A stretch of 64,000 nucleotides of DNA, from positions 3,111 to 67,110 of the forward strand of contig CANQRW010000008.1 of the NCBI GenBank assembly GCA_947626365.1. Reading direction: 5' to 3'. Below the pieces are notes generated by a model that had not been told where the DNA came from, did not search any database, and saw only the letters and a program-made list of their open reading frames with translations. How positions within the stretch are numbered: position 1 is the stretch's first letter; each line of letters starts with the position of its first letter. A program made the translations under genes and the position numbers. This document shows positions 19,026 to 27,576 of this stretch, in pieces. Source of the DNA: an uncultured Lachnospiraceae bacterium. Lineage in GTDB: Bacteria > Bacillota > Clostridia > Lachnospirales > Lachnospiraceae.

Positions 19026-20809
19026 ATATGCTGAAGAGAAATGAAAAACTGATCAAAACCAAGCTGTGGCAGTATCTGCTGCCCAGCGTAATGCTCACGG
19101 CGTCGCTGCAGATCGGCAATGTGGTGGACATCATGCTTGTGGGCAACATATTAGGCACGGACGCCATGTCCGCCGTCCAGATCGGCATGACGGCGGACAA
19201 CATCATGGAACTGCCGGGATATGTGCTGGCTGTCGGCGGCAGCATCGCGGCAGGCATGCTGCTGGGCCGCCGGCAGCGGGAGCAGGCGGACCGCGTGTTT
19301 TCCACCACATTTCTGGTAAGCGCGGCCTGCGGCGTGGTGTTTGCGCTGCTCTCGGTCTTTTCCCCGCTTTTTGCGCGGCTGCTCACCGGCGGCGGTCCGC
19401 TGGAAGGAGACGTAAGCGCCTTTGTGCGGGTGACGCTCTTAGGCGCGCCCGTCATCGGCGTCGTCCTGCAGTTTATCAACTACGTGGCCGTGGACAACTT
19501 CCCGAATATTGCCTCCGCCTACGTCATTGCCTCCAACGTCATCAACCTTACCCTGGACTATCTGCTACTTAAGTTTACAACCCTGGGTACGGCGGGAGCG
19601 GCGCTGTCCACCATATTGGGATACGCCCTGGCATCCGTTGTGCTTATCCCGTATCTGCGCTCGTCCAAGCGCATGCTGCATTTTATCGCGCCGAAGAAGG
19701 AGCTGCCGGCGTCGCTTAAGCTGGCCCTTGGCATGGGGCTGCCTACGCTGATGTACATGATTTTCGACACGGTGCGCAGTCTTGCCCTCAATACGATGAT
19801 CATGCGCGCCATGGGCAGCGACGCCATGGCGGTGTTTACCATCTGCGACAACATTGTGCTGATCGTAGAGATGCTTGCCGGCGGCATCATCGGCACTCTC
19901 TCATCCATCGGCGGCGTGATCTACGGCGAAAAGGACTACTTCGGAGTGCGCGTCCTTGCCAGAAACGTGCTTTGCTACAGCTATGGGGTACTGGCGGTAT
20001 TCATAGCGCTGCTGGCAATATTTACGCGGCAGGCGGCAGGCTTTTTCGGTATCACAGACGATCCCCTGCTTGGCATGGCGGTATCGTCCCTGCGCATTTT
20101 TCTCTTCAGCCTGCCCTTCTATCTGTTCAACAGTTTTCTGATGAACTATTACCAGAGTACGGAGAAGGGAAATCTGGCCTCGCTGGTAACATCCCTTCGC
20201 AGCTGCGTGGCCGTGCTGCCCCTGGCGTTTCTGCTGGTTTTCCTGGCCGGTCCGGGGGAGGCCGGGCGGCTGCGCGCGCTGATGATCGCGCTGATCCTTG
20301 GCGAGGCGGTGACCGTACTTGCCGTCACGGTCTTTCGCCGGTGCCGGTATCACAGCCGGGATCTTTTCCTGCTGCCCGCTGCCCAGGACGAACATGTCCT
20401 GGACCTTTCCATCGATCCGGTCATTGAGGAAACAGCCCGCGTGCCCAGCGAAATCACCGCGTTCTGCGAAAACTGCGGCGTCGATCCGCTGAAAGCGAAC
20501 CTGATCGCCATCGCCGCGGAGGAAATGGCAGTCAATATCATTCAGTACGGCGGCCGGCACGTCCACTCCATCGACATCAACCTGAGCATCACGCCGGACT
20601 CGCTGATCCTGCGTACCCGTGACAATGGTATCCCCTTCGATCCCACTCATTACACGGCGGATTCGGATGCGTTCGATATACACGGAATCGAACTGGTCAA
20701 GCGCATATCGGACAAGGTGCAGTATATGCGTGTCCTCGATCTGAACAACACGACTGTGGAGGTCTCGCTGAAGCGGCAGTTGAAACAGCAGGAGGCCGAC
20801 CATGGTTGA
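19022..20809 (+). CDS. MATE transporter fused to a C-terminal HATPase_c (RsbW/anti-sigma-like) domain
   Basis: MATE motifs over about 450 aa, then AAEEMAVNIIQYG (N-box), LRTRDNGIPFDP (G1) and HGIELVKR (G2). Overlaps the NRPS stop. Confidence 0.85.
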   Translation: MNMLKRNEKLIKTKLWQYLLPSVMLTASLQIGNVVDIMLVGNILGTDAMSAVQIGMTADNIMELPGYVLAVGGSIAAGMLLGRRQREQADRVFSTTFLVSAACGVVFALLSVFSPLFARLLTGGGPLEGDVSAFVRVTLLGAPVIGVVLQFINYVAVDNFPNIASAYVIASNVINLTLDYLLLKFTTLGTAGAALSTILGYALASVVLIPYLRSSKRMLHFIAPKKELPASLKLALGMGLPTLMYMIFDTVRSLALNTMIMRAMGSDAMAVFTICDNIVLIVEMLAGGIIGTLSSIGGVIYGEKDYFGVRVLARNVLCYSYGVLAVFIALLAIFTRQAAGFFGITDDPLLGMAVSSLRIFLFSLPFYLFNSFLMNYYQSTEKGNLASLVTSLRSCVAVLPLAFLLVFLAGPGEAGRLRALMIALILGEAVTVLAVTVFRRCRYHSRDLFLLPAAQDEHVLDLSIDPVIEETARVPSEITAFCENCGVDPLKANLIAIAAEEMAVNIIQYGGRHVHSIDINLSITPDSLILRTRDNGIPFDPTHYTADSDAFDIHGIELVKRISDKVQYMRVLDLNNTTVEVSLKRQLKQQEADHG

Positions 20810-21566
20810 GTACGCGCTTTCGGACGTTTCATCCCTTCCCGATCCTTTGACGAACGCCTCTGCCCTCACAGGCATTCCAGCCTGGCGTCAGGCTTATATC
20901 CTGCGCTATCGGCGCCCGGAGGACCGCAGGCGCAGCCTTGGCGTCTGGCGGCTGATGGAAAATATGCTGGCCGCGCGCGGCTTTCAGGCGCAGGACGTCA
21001 TCGCGGACAGCCGCGGCAAACTCTGCTGCGACGGTATTTTTTTCAGCCTGTCCCACGCAGGCGACCTGGCCCTGTGCGCCGTGAGCGGCGTGCCGGTAGG
21101 CTGCGACATCGAGCTGGTCAAAGACGCGCCCTTAGAGATCGCGCCGCGCATCTTTTGCCCGGGCGAACGCGCATATCTGCGCAATGCCCGGGACGACAAA
21201 GAGGCCCAGAGGCGTTTTTTCACGCTCTGGACCCTCAAAGAAAGCTATATGAAAATGACCGGCGAAGGCCTCGGCCTCGCGCCGGAACGGCTGGAAATCC
21301 GCATGGCCGCCTCTGGCCCCGCACCGGAACAGCCGGAGATCCGCATGGCCGCACCTGGCCCCGCGCCGGAATGGCCGGAAATCCGCATGGCCGCCTCTGG
21401 CCCCGCGCCGGAACAGCTTGGAACGCAGACATCTGCCCTCACCCTGCTCCGTGACGGCGTAACGCAGTCATGCACGCTCTTTCACACCGCTTACGGCGAG
21501 TATGAACTCTCCCTGTGTGTATCTAATCTTCACCCGCAATTCGCGCTTCGTCAGCCCTCTGCGTAG
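20802..21566 (+). CDS. Sfp-type 4'-phosphopantetheinyl transferase
   Basis: FSLSHAG, PVGCDIE and FFTLWTLKESYMKMTGEGL motifs. Overlaps the upstream gene. Confidence 0.92.
   Translation: MVEYALSDVSSLPDPLTNASALTGIPAWRQAYILRYRRPEDRRRSLGVWRLMENMLAARGFQAQDVIADSRGKLCCDGIFFSLSHAGDLALCAVSGVPVGCDIELVKDAPLEIAPRIFCPGERAYLRNARDDKEAQRRFFTLWTLKESYMKMTGEGLGLAPERLEIRMAASGPAPEQPEIRMAAPGPAPEWPEIRMAASGPAPEQLGTQTSALTLLRDGVTQSCTLFHTAYGEYELSLCVSNLHPQFALRQPSA
21282..21419 (+). repeat. In-frame 42-bp tandem repeat x3 in the PPTase
   Basis: CCGGAACGGCTGGAAATCCGCATGGCCGCCTCTGGCCCCGCA-like units encode PExxEIRMAAxGPA three times. Confidence 0.9.
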
Positions 21567-22588
21567 TCTCCCCGCTCCCCCACCAGCTGAAATCCCGCCG
21601 ATGCCACTCTCCGCTCCAGGCAGCCGCGGCACTCCGCCGCCTCTTCGCCGGTACAGATCTTATTGTCGTACAGATCATACTGTTTACGATTCTTCACCGG
21701 GGACAGATTGGGCATGACCACGTTGGCTCCCATGGCAAGGCCTTTCTCCCTTCCTCTGGGATCCAGCGTACCCAGAGCCGTGGTCGCCGGGAGAAGCACC
21801 CTGGGGAACAGAATTCGGAGAACCGCCAGAAGGAACAGAGTCAGTTCCACACTGCCTGCCGGCTGATCCGCGAACCTGGTCTCATGGTGCGGAATAAAGG
21901 GCCCAATCCCAATCATCTGCGGATTCAGTTCCTGAAGAAATACCAAGTCCTCCGCCAGGGTTTCCCTGGTCTGTCCCGGGCTTCCTACCATGAATCCCGC
22001 GCCCACCTGAAAACCAAGGGATTTCAGATCGTACAGGCACTGCTTCCGCGCCGCCAGGCTCATGGTCTCCGGATGAAGAGACCGGTAATGGGCGTCGTCG
22101 GCCGTCTCATGGCGCAGAAGATACCGGTCGGCTCCCGCCTCCCGGAACCGCCGGTAGGTCTCATAGGATTTCTCACCGATGGACAGGGTCAGGGCGCAGT
22201 CCGGATACCGGCCTTTGATCTTCTCTATGATCTCAACCATCCGGTCGTCGGTATAATAGGGATCCTCTCCTCCCTGGAGGACAAAGGTGCGGAACCCCAG
22301 CTCATAGCCGTTGTCGCAGCAGTCCAGAATCTCCTCCGCGGTCAGCCGGTAGCGGACCGCGTTTTTATTGTCCCGGCGGATCCCGCAGTAATAACAGTTA
22401 TTCTTACAGTAATTGGTAAACTCGATCAGGCCCCTGGTGTAGACCTTGTCGCCGTAATACATCCGGCGAAGCTTAAGGGCCTCCGCCCCAAGCCGCTCCG
22501 TAGCTTCCGCATCGCCCGTATATGCCAACAGTTCCACCGCCTCAGAAAAAGAGAGACGGTGGAACTGAATCAGTTTGTCTATGACCAT
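21551..22588 (-). CDS. hydE: [FeFe]-hydrogenase maturase, radical SAM
   Basis: RGLIEFTNYCKNNCYYCG (CxxxCxxC), YLLRHET, GIGPFIPHHET, GANVVMPNLSP and C-terminal Cx7Cx2C. Confidence 0.9.
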   Translation of the reverse strand: MVIDKLIQFHRLSFSEAVELLAYTGDAEATERLGAEALKLRRMYYGDKVYTRGLIEFTNYCKNNCYYCGIRRDNKNAVRYRLTAEEILDCCDNGYELGFRTFVLQGGEDPYYTDDRMVEIIEKIKGRYPDCALTLSIGEKSYETYRRFREAGADRYLLRHETADDAHYRSLHPETMSLAARKQCLYDLKSLGFQVGAGFMVGSPGQTRETLAEDLVFLQELNPQMIGIGPFIPHHETRFADQPAGSVELTLFLLAVLRILFPRVLLPATTALGTLDPRGREKGLAMGANVVMPNLSPVKNRKQYDLYDNKICTGEEAAECRGCLERRVASAGFQLVGERGDYAEG

Positions 22589-22595
22589 TCTTCGA

Positions 22596-22952
22596 TTATG
22601 CCAGATTGCTCTTGGCCAGTTCGGCCAGCTTGGTGAAGCCTTCCGCGTCGTTGATCGCCATATCGGACAGAACCTTGCGGTTCAGCTCAACGCCGGCTTT
22701 CTTCAGGCCGTACATGAACCTGCTGTAGGAAAGACCGTTGAGACGCGCGCCTGCATTGATACGGGCAATCCACAGGCTGCGGAACTCTCTCTTTCTCTGC
22801 TTTCTTCCTGCATAGGAGCTGGCCAGCGCTCTCATCACAGACTGCTTGGCCACACGATACTGTTTGGAACGGGCGCCTCTGTAACCCTTAGCCAGCTTTA
22901 ATACTCTATTATGTCTTTTCTTAGCGTTTAATCCGCCTTTTACTCTTGCCAT
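22596..22952 (-). CDS. rplT: 50S ribosomal protein L20
   Basis: [24 protein letters not shown]. Confidence 0.99.
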   Translation of the reverse strand: MARVKGGLNAKKRHNRVLKLAKGYRGARSKQYRVAKQSVMRALASSYAGRKQRKREFRSLWIARINAGARLNGLSYSRFMYGLKKAGVELNRKVLSDMAINDAEGFTKLAELAKSNLA

Positions 22953-22984
22953 CGGTTATTTCCCTCCTTGTCGAATCCGAAATC

Positions 22985-23182
22985 TTATAAGTATGGTAAA
23001 ATCTTCTTCATTACTTTTGCGTTGGTCGCATCCGTCACGATATCTTTTCTAAGATTTCTCTTTCTCTTGGTGGATTTCTTCGTAAGGATGTGGGATTTGT
23101 AAGCTTTGTTCCTCACCAGTTTCCCGGTTCCCGTCACTTTGAAACGCTTTGCAGCCGCTCTGCTGGTCTTCATTTTAGGCAT
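22985..23182 (-). CDS. rpmI: 50S ribosomal protein L35
   Basis: [29 protein letters not shown]. Confidence 0.99.
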   Translation of the reverse strand: MPKMKTSRAAAKRFKVTGTGKLVRNKAYKSHILTKKSTKRKRNLRKDIVTDATNAKVMKKILPYL

Positions 23183-23204
23183 GATTGATTTCCTCCTTCT
23201 ATTG

Positions 23205-23717
23205 TCATTTCGATGGTTTTGCAGATAAAAACATCACCATGCTTCTTCCTTCCACCTTGGATGGCTTGTCAACGACAGCGATGTCAGACAATGCCTGTGC
23301 GAAATCATCCAGAATGTACTTGGATTTCGACATGTGGGCCATCTCACGGCCCCGGAAACGCAGGGTCACCTTCACCTTGTCGCCCTTCTCCAGAAACTTC
23401 CTGGCGGCGTTCGTCTTGGTATTCAGGTCGTTGGTGTCAATATTCGGGGTGAGACGCACTTCCTTCACCTCGATCACCTTCTGCTTCTTCCTGGCTTCCT
23501 TTTCTTTTCTGGCCTGCTCATAACGGTATTTGCCGTAATCGATGATCTTGCAGACCGGCGGTTTCGCACCGGGAGCAATCTTCACAAGGTCAAGATCAGC
23601 CTGCTGGGCCAGCTGCAGCGCTTCCCTGGGCGACATGATACCTAACTGCTCTCCATTCTCGCCGATCAGACGAATCTCTTTGTCCCTGATTTGCTCATTG
23701 ATCATTAACTCGCTAAT
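23205..23717 (-). CDS. infC: Translation initiation factor IF-3 (probable ATT start)
   Basis: [27 protein letters not shown] and FRGRE motifs. GGAGGTG lies 7 nt before an in-frame ATT at 23717. Confidence 0.97.
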   Translation of the reverse strand: MSELMINEQIRDKEIRLIGENGEQLGIMSPREALQLAQQADLDLVKIAPGAKPPVCKIIDYGKYRYEQARKEKEARKKQKVIEVKEVRLTPNIDTNDLNTKTNAARKFLEKGDKVKVTLRFRGREMAHMSKSKYILDDFAQALSDIAVVDKPSKVEGRSMVMFLSAKPSK

Positions 23718-23807
23718 TGTCGTACACCTCCGCATCTTTTTAATATTGGAATCGCATTTTGACCGGGCAGCCCGCAAGATCCGCCCGTTTCGTTATGTTA
23801 TATACTT

Positions 23808-23903
23808 CGATACAATACAAACAAAGCGTCACTGGCGCTTTGCTTGCATACTGACGTAATACAAGCAAAGCGTCACTGGTACCCTGTTTGCGTATTGACG
23901 TAA
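23808..23903 (+). repeat. 44-bp palindromic REP-like element, tandem copies B1/B2
   Basis: TACAAACAAAGCGTCACTGGCGCTTTGCTTGCATAC-TGACGTAA-TACAAGCAAAGCGTCACTGGTACCCTGTTTGCGTAT-TGACGTAA, with a period of 44. Confidence 0.88.
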
Positions 23904-23904
23904 C

Positions 23905-24045
23905 AGAAAAGTGGATAGCATAAATCTATCCACCAAGATAATCCCATGGAATCCAAACCATGTCTCCTGTCTATGAACCAGGGTCACTTACTCGTGCCGA
24001 GGTGAGGTGGATAACCTACTTTCCTGTGCGTTGCTCACATAACTT
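23905..24045 (-). ncRNA. Probable L20 leader (ribosomal-protein autoregulatory attenuator)
   Basis: Upstream of infC-rpmI-rplT. AAGTAGGTTATCCACCTCACC can pair with GGTGGATAG, which also forms the terminator GTGGATAG..CTATCCACTTTT. Confidence 0.7.
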
Positions 24046-24050
24046 TAGAC

Positions 24051-24079
24051 ACTATAACATGGTTTGGATAAAATGTCAA
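24051..24079 (-). promoter_or_regulatory. Sigma-A promoter of the infC operon
   Basis: TTGACA-17 bp-TATAGT on the minus strand. Confidence 0.8.
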
Positions 24080-24160
24080 CCGGTTTTTTCAGCTTTTGCG
24101 CCGTTGAAGCGCCGTGTTTCAGCCGAGTGAAGCGCGCCGTTCTGCCCGGCGCGGCCTCAT

Positions 24161-24775
24161 TTACAGTTTCAGCACCGCCGTCTGTCTGGGCATGCCTTTT
24201 GTGATCTCCAGGCTGTTTCCCTCGTACTCCGCCACATCATCGCAGAGCGCCGTAAACTCATCCAGGGTTCCCAGGACTTCAAAGCCGAAGCTGCCGCTCC
24301 GATAATGCATGGGAATCGTCACAACGGGCTGAATCTGATTTACCACAGCCTTCGCCTGCTTCGCGTCGATGGTAAAGAACCCTCCCACAGGAATCAGAAG
24401 GGCATCCACGCCCTTAAGGATCTGAACCTGCTCTTCCGTAAGGCCGCAGCCCAGATCTCCCAGATGGGCTACGCGGCAGGTGCCGTCGTCCAGAATGTGA
24501 ATGATGTTGGGGCCTCTCTTGGCTCCCTGCACATCGTCATGGTAGGTGGAAATGGTCTGAATCATAAAGGGAGACACACCGCCCTCCTTTATCGCAACCA
24601 CGTGAACCGCCCCATGGTCGCCGTGGCCGTGGCTGCACAGCACCTCATTGGCCTCCGTCCTCAGGGGTTTAAGTCCCGGCACATAACCGTCCTCGTAAGG
24701 ATCCAGCACTATAGCGTATCCCTCCGACTCAATCCTGAAACAGGAATGTCCCAACCATGTAATTTTCATGCGCAA
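24161..24775 (-). CDS. MBL-fold metallo-hydrolase
   Basis: WLGHSCF, SHGHGDH, AHLGDLG, PVGG and IPMHY motifs. Confidence 0.9.
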   Translation of the reverse strand: MRMKITWLGHSCFRIESEGYAIVLDPYEDGYVPGLKPLRTEANEVLCSHGHGDHGAVHVVAIKEGGVSPFMIQTISTYHDDVQGAKRGPNIIHILDDGTCRVAHLGDLGCGLTEEQVQILKGVDALLIPVGGFFTIDAKQAKAVVNQIQPVVTIPMHYRSGSFGFEVLGTLDEFTALCDDVAEYEGNSLEITKGMPRQTAVLKL

Positions 24776-24844
24776 TACTCCTTTCTCCGCGGTATCCGCG
24801 GTCCTGACAACAGCCCGTTTCCATTTTTTCTCAGGGCCGTTTAC

Positions 24845-26044
24845 TCACTCTTCCACCGGAATCCTTCCTCCCGGCAGGGATTTTTCCTCATAGCACCGGC
24901 TGAAAATATTCTCCAGGTCCCTGATCCGATAAAACGTATCTCCGTTCTTTTCCTCCAGAATCAGCGCCTCTTCGCTGACTGGATAGACCGGCATCTCCGA
25001 CAGCCAGAGGACCGTCCGCAGGTGGGACATAGCCGCCTGCACCGTACAGACCGGATGTCCGCCGTTTCTGGCACATTCAATGGCGTCCTCCAGCTTCTGC
25101 ATGCTCCACGCCGTGGGAACGGGGCCGTAATCATGCACCGTCCCGTCCTTCCACTCGGCCACATAATCCATAAGAGGGCCCTGGCCGTAATCCTTTCCCA
25201 GATATACCACCGCGTTTTCAAAACAGAACTCGGACATGGGGCCCCACTGATCCGCCTCCATGTTGTGGGTCGTATAGTAATAGACCGGCACATCTTCGGC
25301 AGTGGTCACCTTCAAAGCCGCCGTATCAAAATTCTCCACATAGCTGCCGGCCCGGTAAAGCTCTGCCTCCACCGCCTTCACTTCGGCGGCGCGATCCATG
25401 GCGTCCCCCAGAAGGAACAGCATGTTCTGGAACTGGTGAGCGCTGGAGTTGTTGACCGGGCTGTCGTTCACCGGACAGCCGTCCACTATCCGCTTTCCGG
25501 CCCAATTATTCCGATGATAATAATTGTATCCTCTCTTAAACGCCTGAAGAGCCTTCATACAGACCGGTTTCCCCAGCTTTCCCGACAGGATATCCCGCTT
25601 CAGGGCATTTAAGTTCCGGTCATAGTTGAGCTGATACCCTACAGCCACAAAATGCCCTGTCTCCTGCTCCCACCGAAGCATATCCTCCGCCTCTGAGAGC
25701 ACCGCGCAGACCGGCTTCTCCACCAGCACATTGGAATGGGCGATACATGCCTTCACATGGGGATGGTGCAGATGGATGGGCGTGGAGATGATGGCCAGGT
25801 CTGCCTGATGCTGGGCGTAAAACTCTTCCGGACTCTTATAGATCGGTATCTGCCTCTCCCGAATTATGGGAAAACGCTCCTCCATGCCGGGCATCAGTTC
25901 ACAGATTCCCTCAATCACTACATCCTTGTCCTTCCAGTCTGACAGTGCATTGACATAGAAGGAACCATAGCCTCCGATTCCAAATAAAAAGATTTTTACC
26001 TGCTTCATACGCTGCCCCTCCCTTCCCTTTTCATCATATGACAA
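24845..26044 (-). CDS. Gfo/Idh/MocA family oxidoreductase
   Basis: GIGGYG, IISTPIHLH, VLVEKP and NSSAHQF motifs. The true start is probably the MKQVK ATG. Confidence 0.88.
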   Translation of the reverse strand: MSYDEKGREGQRMKQVKIFLFGIGGYGSFYVNALSDWKDKDVVIEGICELMPGMEERFPIIRERQIPIYKSPEEFYAQHQADLAIISTPIHLHHPHVKACIAHSNVLVEKPVCAVLSEAEDMLRWEQETGHFVAVGYQLNYDRNLNALKRDILSGKLGKPVCMKALQAFKRGYNYYHRNNWAGKRIVDGCPVNDSPVNNSSAHQFQNMLFLLGDAMDRAAEVKAVEAELYRAGSYVENFDTAALKVTTAEDVPVYYYTTHNMEADQWGPMSEFCFENAVVYLGKDYGQGPLMDYVAEWKDGTVHDYGPVPTAWSMQKLEDAIECARNGGHPVCTVQAAMSHLRTVLWLSEMPVYPVSEEALILEEKNGDTFYRIRDLENIFSRCYEEKSLPGGRIPVEE

Positions 26045-26127
26045 GCCGAAAACCCCGTCAACCGCTTTTCCGCGGATTTTTCACCTTTTTCACAAAATTT
26101 GCCGCCCGCTCTTCGCCCTGCTGACCT

Positions 26128-27534
26128 TTACGAATTCTGTCCGCCACTCTTTAACACCGGCCTGCCGAAATATTTCAGGGCAATGGGCAGGGCCACCAGA
26201 AATGTAAGGGCATCCGCCAGGGGACCTGCCGCCTGGACGCCCAGAAGGCCGATGAGCCTGGGCAGGATCAGCAGGATCGGTATGTAGAAGAACAGCTGCC
26301 GGCTGAACACCAGGATACTGCTGTTAAGAGGCTGGCCGATTACCTGCAGAAGGGTGCTGGCGGCCGCCATAAAGGTGGCGAACGGCATGCCGAAACAGAT
26401 CAGCCGCAGGGCCAGCGCCCCGATGCGGATGACCTCCGGATCGTCGCGGAAAATTCCGATCAGCTGGGGCGCAAAGATGTATCCGATGGCGCCAAAGAAG
26501 CACATGCTCAGGATTCCAATCTTCACTGTCACCCAGAACGCTTCGCCCACCCGCTTCTTGTTGCCTGCCCCATGGGCATAACCGATGACCGGCTGGGCCC
26601 CCTGGCCGATTCCGTTGGACACCGAGTTGGACAGATACAGAATCCGGCCGGCCACGCTCATGGCCGCGATAGCCGCGTCGCCCCAGCCTCCTGCTACCCA
26701 GTTCAGCACCACGTTGGACAGCATGTTGGTGCCGTGGCGGCACAGGCTGGGAAATCCGGTGATAAACAGTTTTCGGTATTCCATGCCGGTTCTGGCCATA
26801 TTGCGTATGGAAATCCGAACCTGAGTAATGCCCCTCAGATAATAGCTGAGCAGAATGCCCCAGGCAATGATCTGGCTTAAAGCGGTAGCTATGGCCGCGC
26901 CCTTGATCCCAAGATGAAAGACAAAGATGAACAGCGGATCCAGAATCATATTAAGCACGCCGCCGCTGACCTGACCGATCATGCACTGGCGGCTCAGGCC
27001 CTCTCCTCTCAGGCACTGGGCCAGCGTCAGGGTGCTGGCCGCAAAAGGCCCGCCGATAAAAATGTATCTGCCATAATCCATGGCGTAGGGCAGAATCGTG
27101 TCCGTGGCCCCCAGAAGGCGCATCAGGGAGCTGCCGGTGATAAATCCCACCAAAGCTACGGCTATGCCGAAGGAAAAGCCCAGGAAAAAGCCGGTGCTGA
27201 CCACCGTATCGGCCTCCTTCTGCTTCTTTGCCCCCAGAAACTGAGACAGCAGGCTGGAAGCGCCGGTTCCCACCAGAAATCCCAGGGCGTTTAATACCAT
27301 GGGAATGGAAAATACCACGCCTACCGCCGCCGTGGCGCTGGTTCCCAGGCGGCCTACAAAAAAGGTATCCGCCAGATTATAAATACTGGAAATCAAAAGC
27401 GTCATTATCGCCGGAAGACCTAAAGACATCACCAGCGGCCCTACCGGAGCCGTAGTCATTCGGATATAATGTTTCTGACTGTCAACATCAGATGCTTTCA
27501 TACATACCTCCCGGCACAGACGCAGTACGCTCAA
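26128..27534 (-). CDS. MATE family efflux transporter
   Basis: SIYNLADTFFV, LRGEG and NMILDPLFIF motifs. Confidence 0.92.
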   Translation of the reverse strand: MSVLRLCREVCMKASDVDSQKHYIRMTTAPVGPLVMSLGLPAIMTLLISSIYNLADTFFVGRLGTSATAAVGVVFSIPMVLNALGFLVGTGASSLLSQFLGAKKQKEADTVVSTGFFLGFSFGIAVALVGFITGSSLMRLLGATDTILPYAMDYGRYIFIGGPFAASTLTLAQCLRGEGLSRQCMIGQVSGGVLNMILDPLFIFVFHLGIKGAAIATALSQIIAWGILLSYYLRGITQVRISIRNMARTGMEYRKLFITGFPSLCRHGTNMLSNVVLNWVAGGWGDAAIAAMSVAGRILYLSNSVSNGIGQGAQPVIGYAHGAGNKKRVGEAFWVTVKIGILSMCFFGAIGYIFAPQLIGIFRDDPEVIRIGALALRLICFGMPFATFMAAASTLLQVIGQPLNSSILVFSRQLFFYIPILLILPRLIGLLGVQAAGPLADALTFLVALPIALKYFGRPVLKSGGQNS

Positions 27535-27576
27535 TCACTGCGTCAGCGCGCGTCCGTGCCTCCATATATTTCTTCT

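Noticed and set aside
11665-21600. Integrase-mobilised island at tRNA-Leu(AAG)
   Set aside because: No integrase or recombinase, and I found no duplicated tRNA 3' end at the far side. Acquisition remains only an inference.
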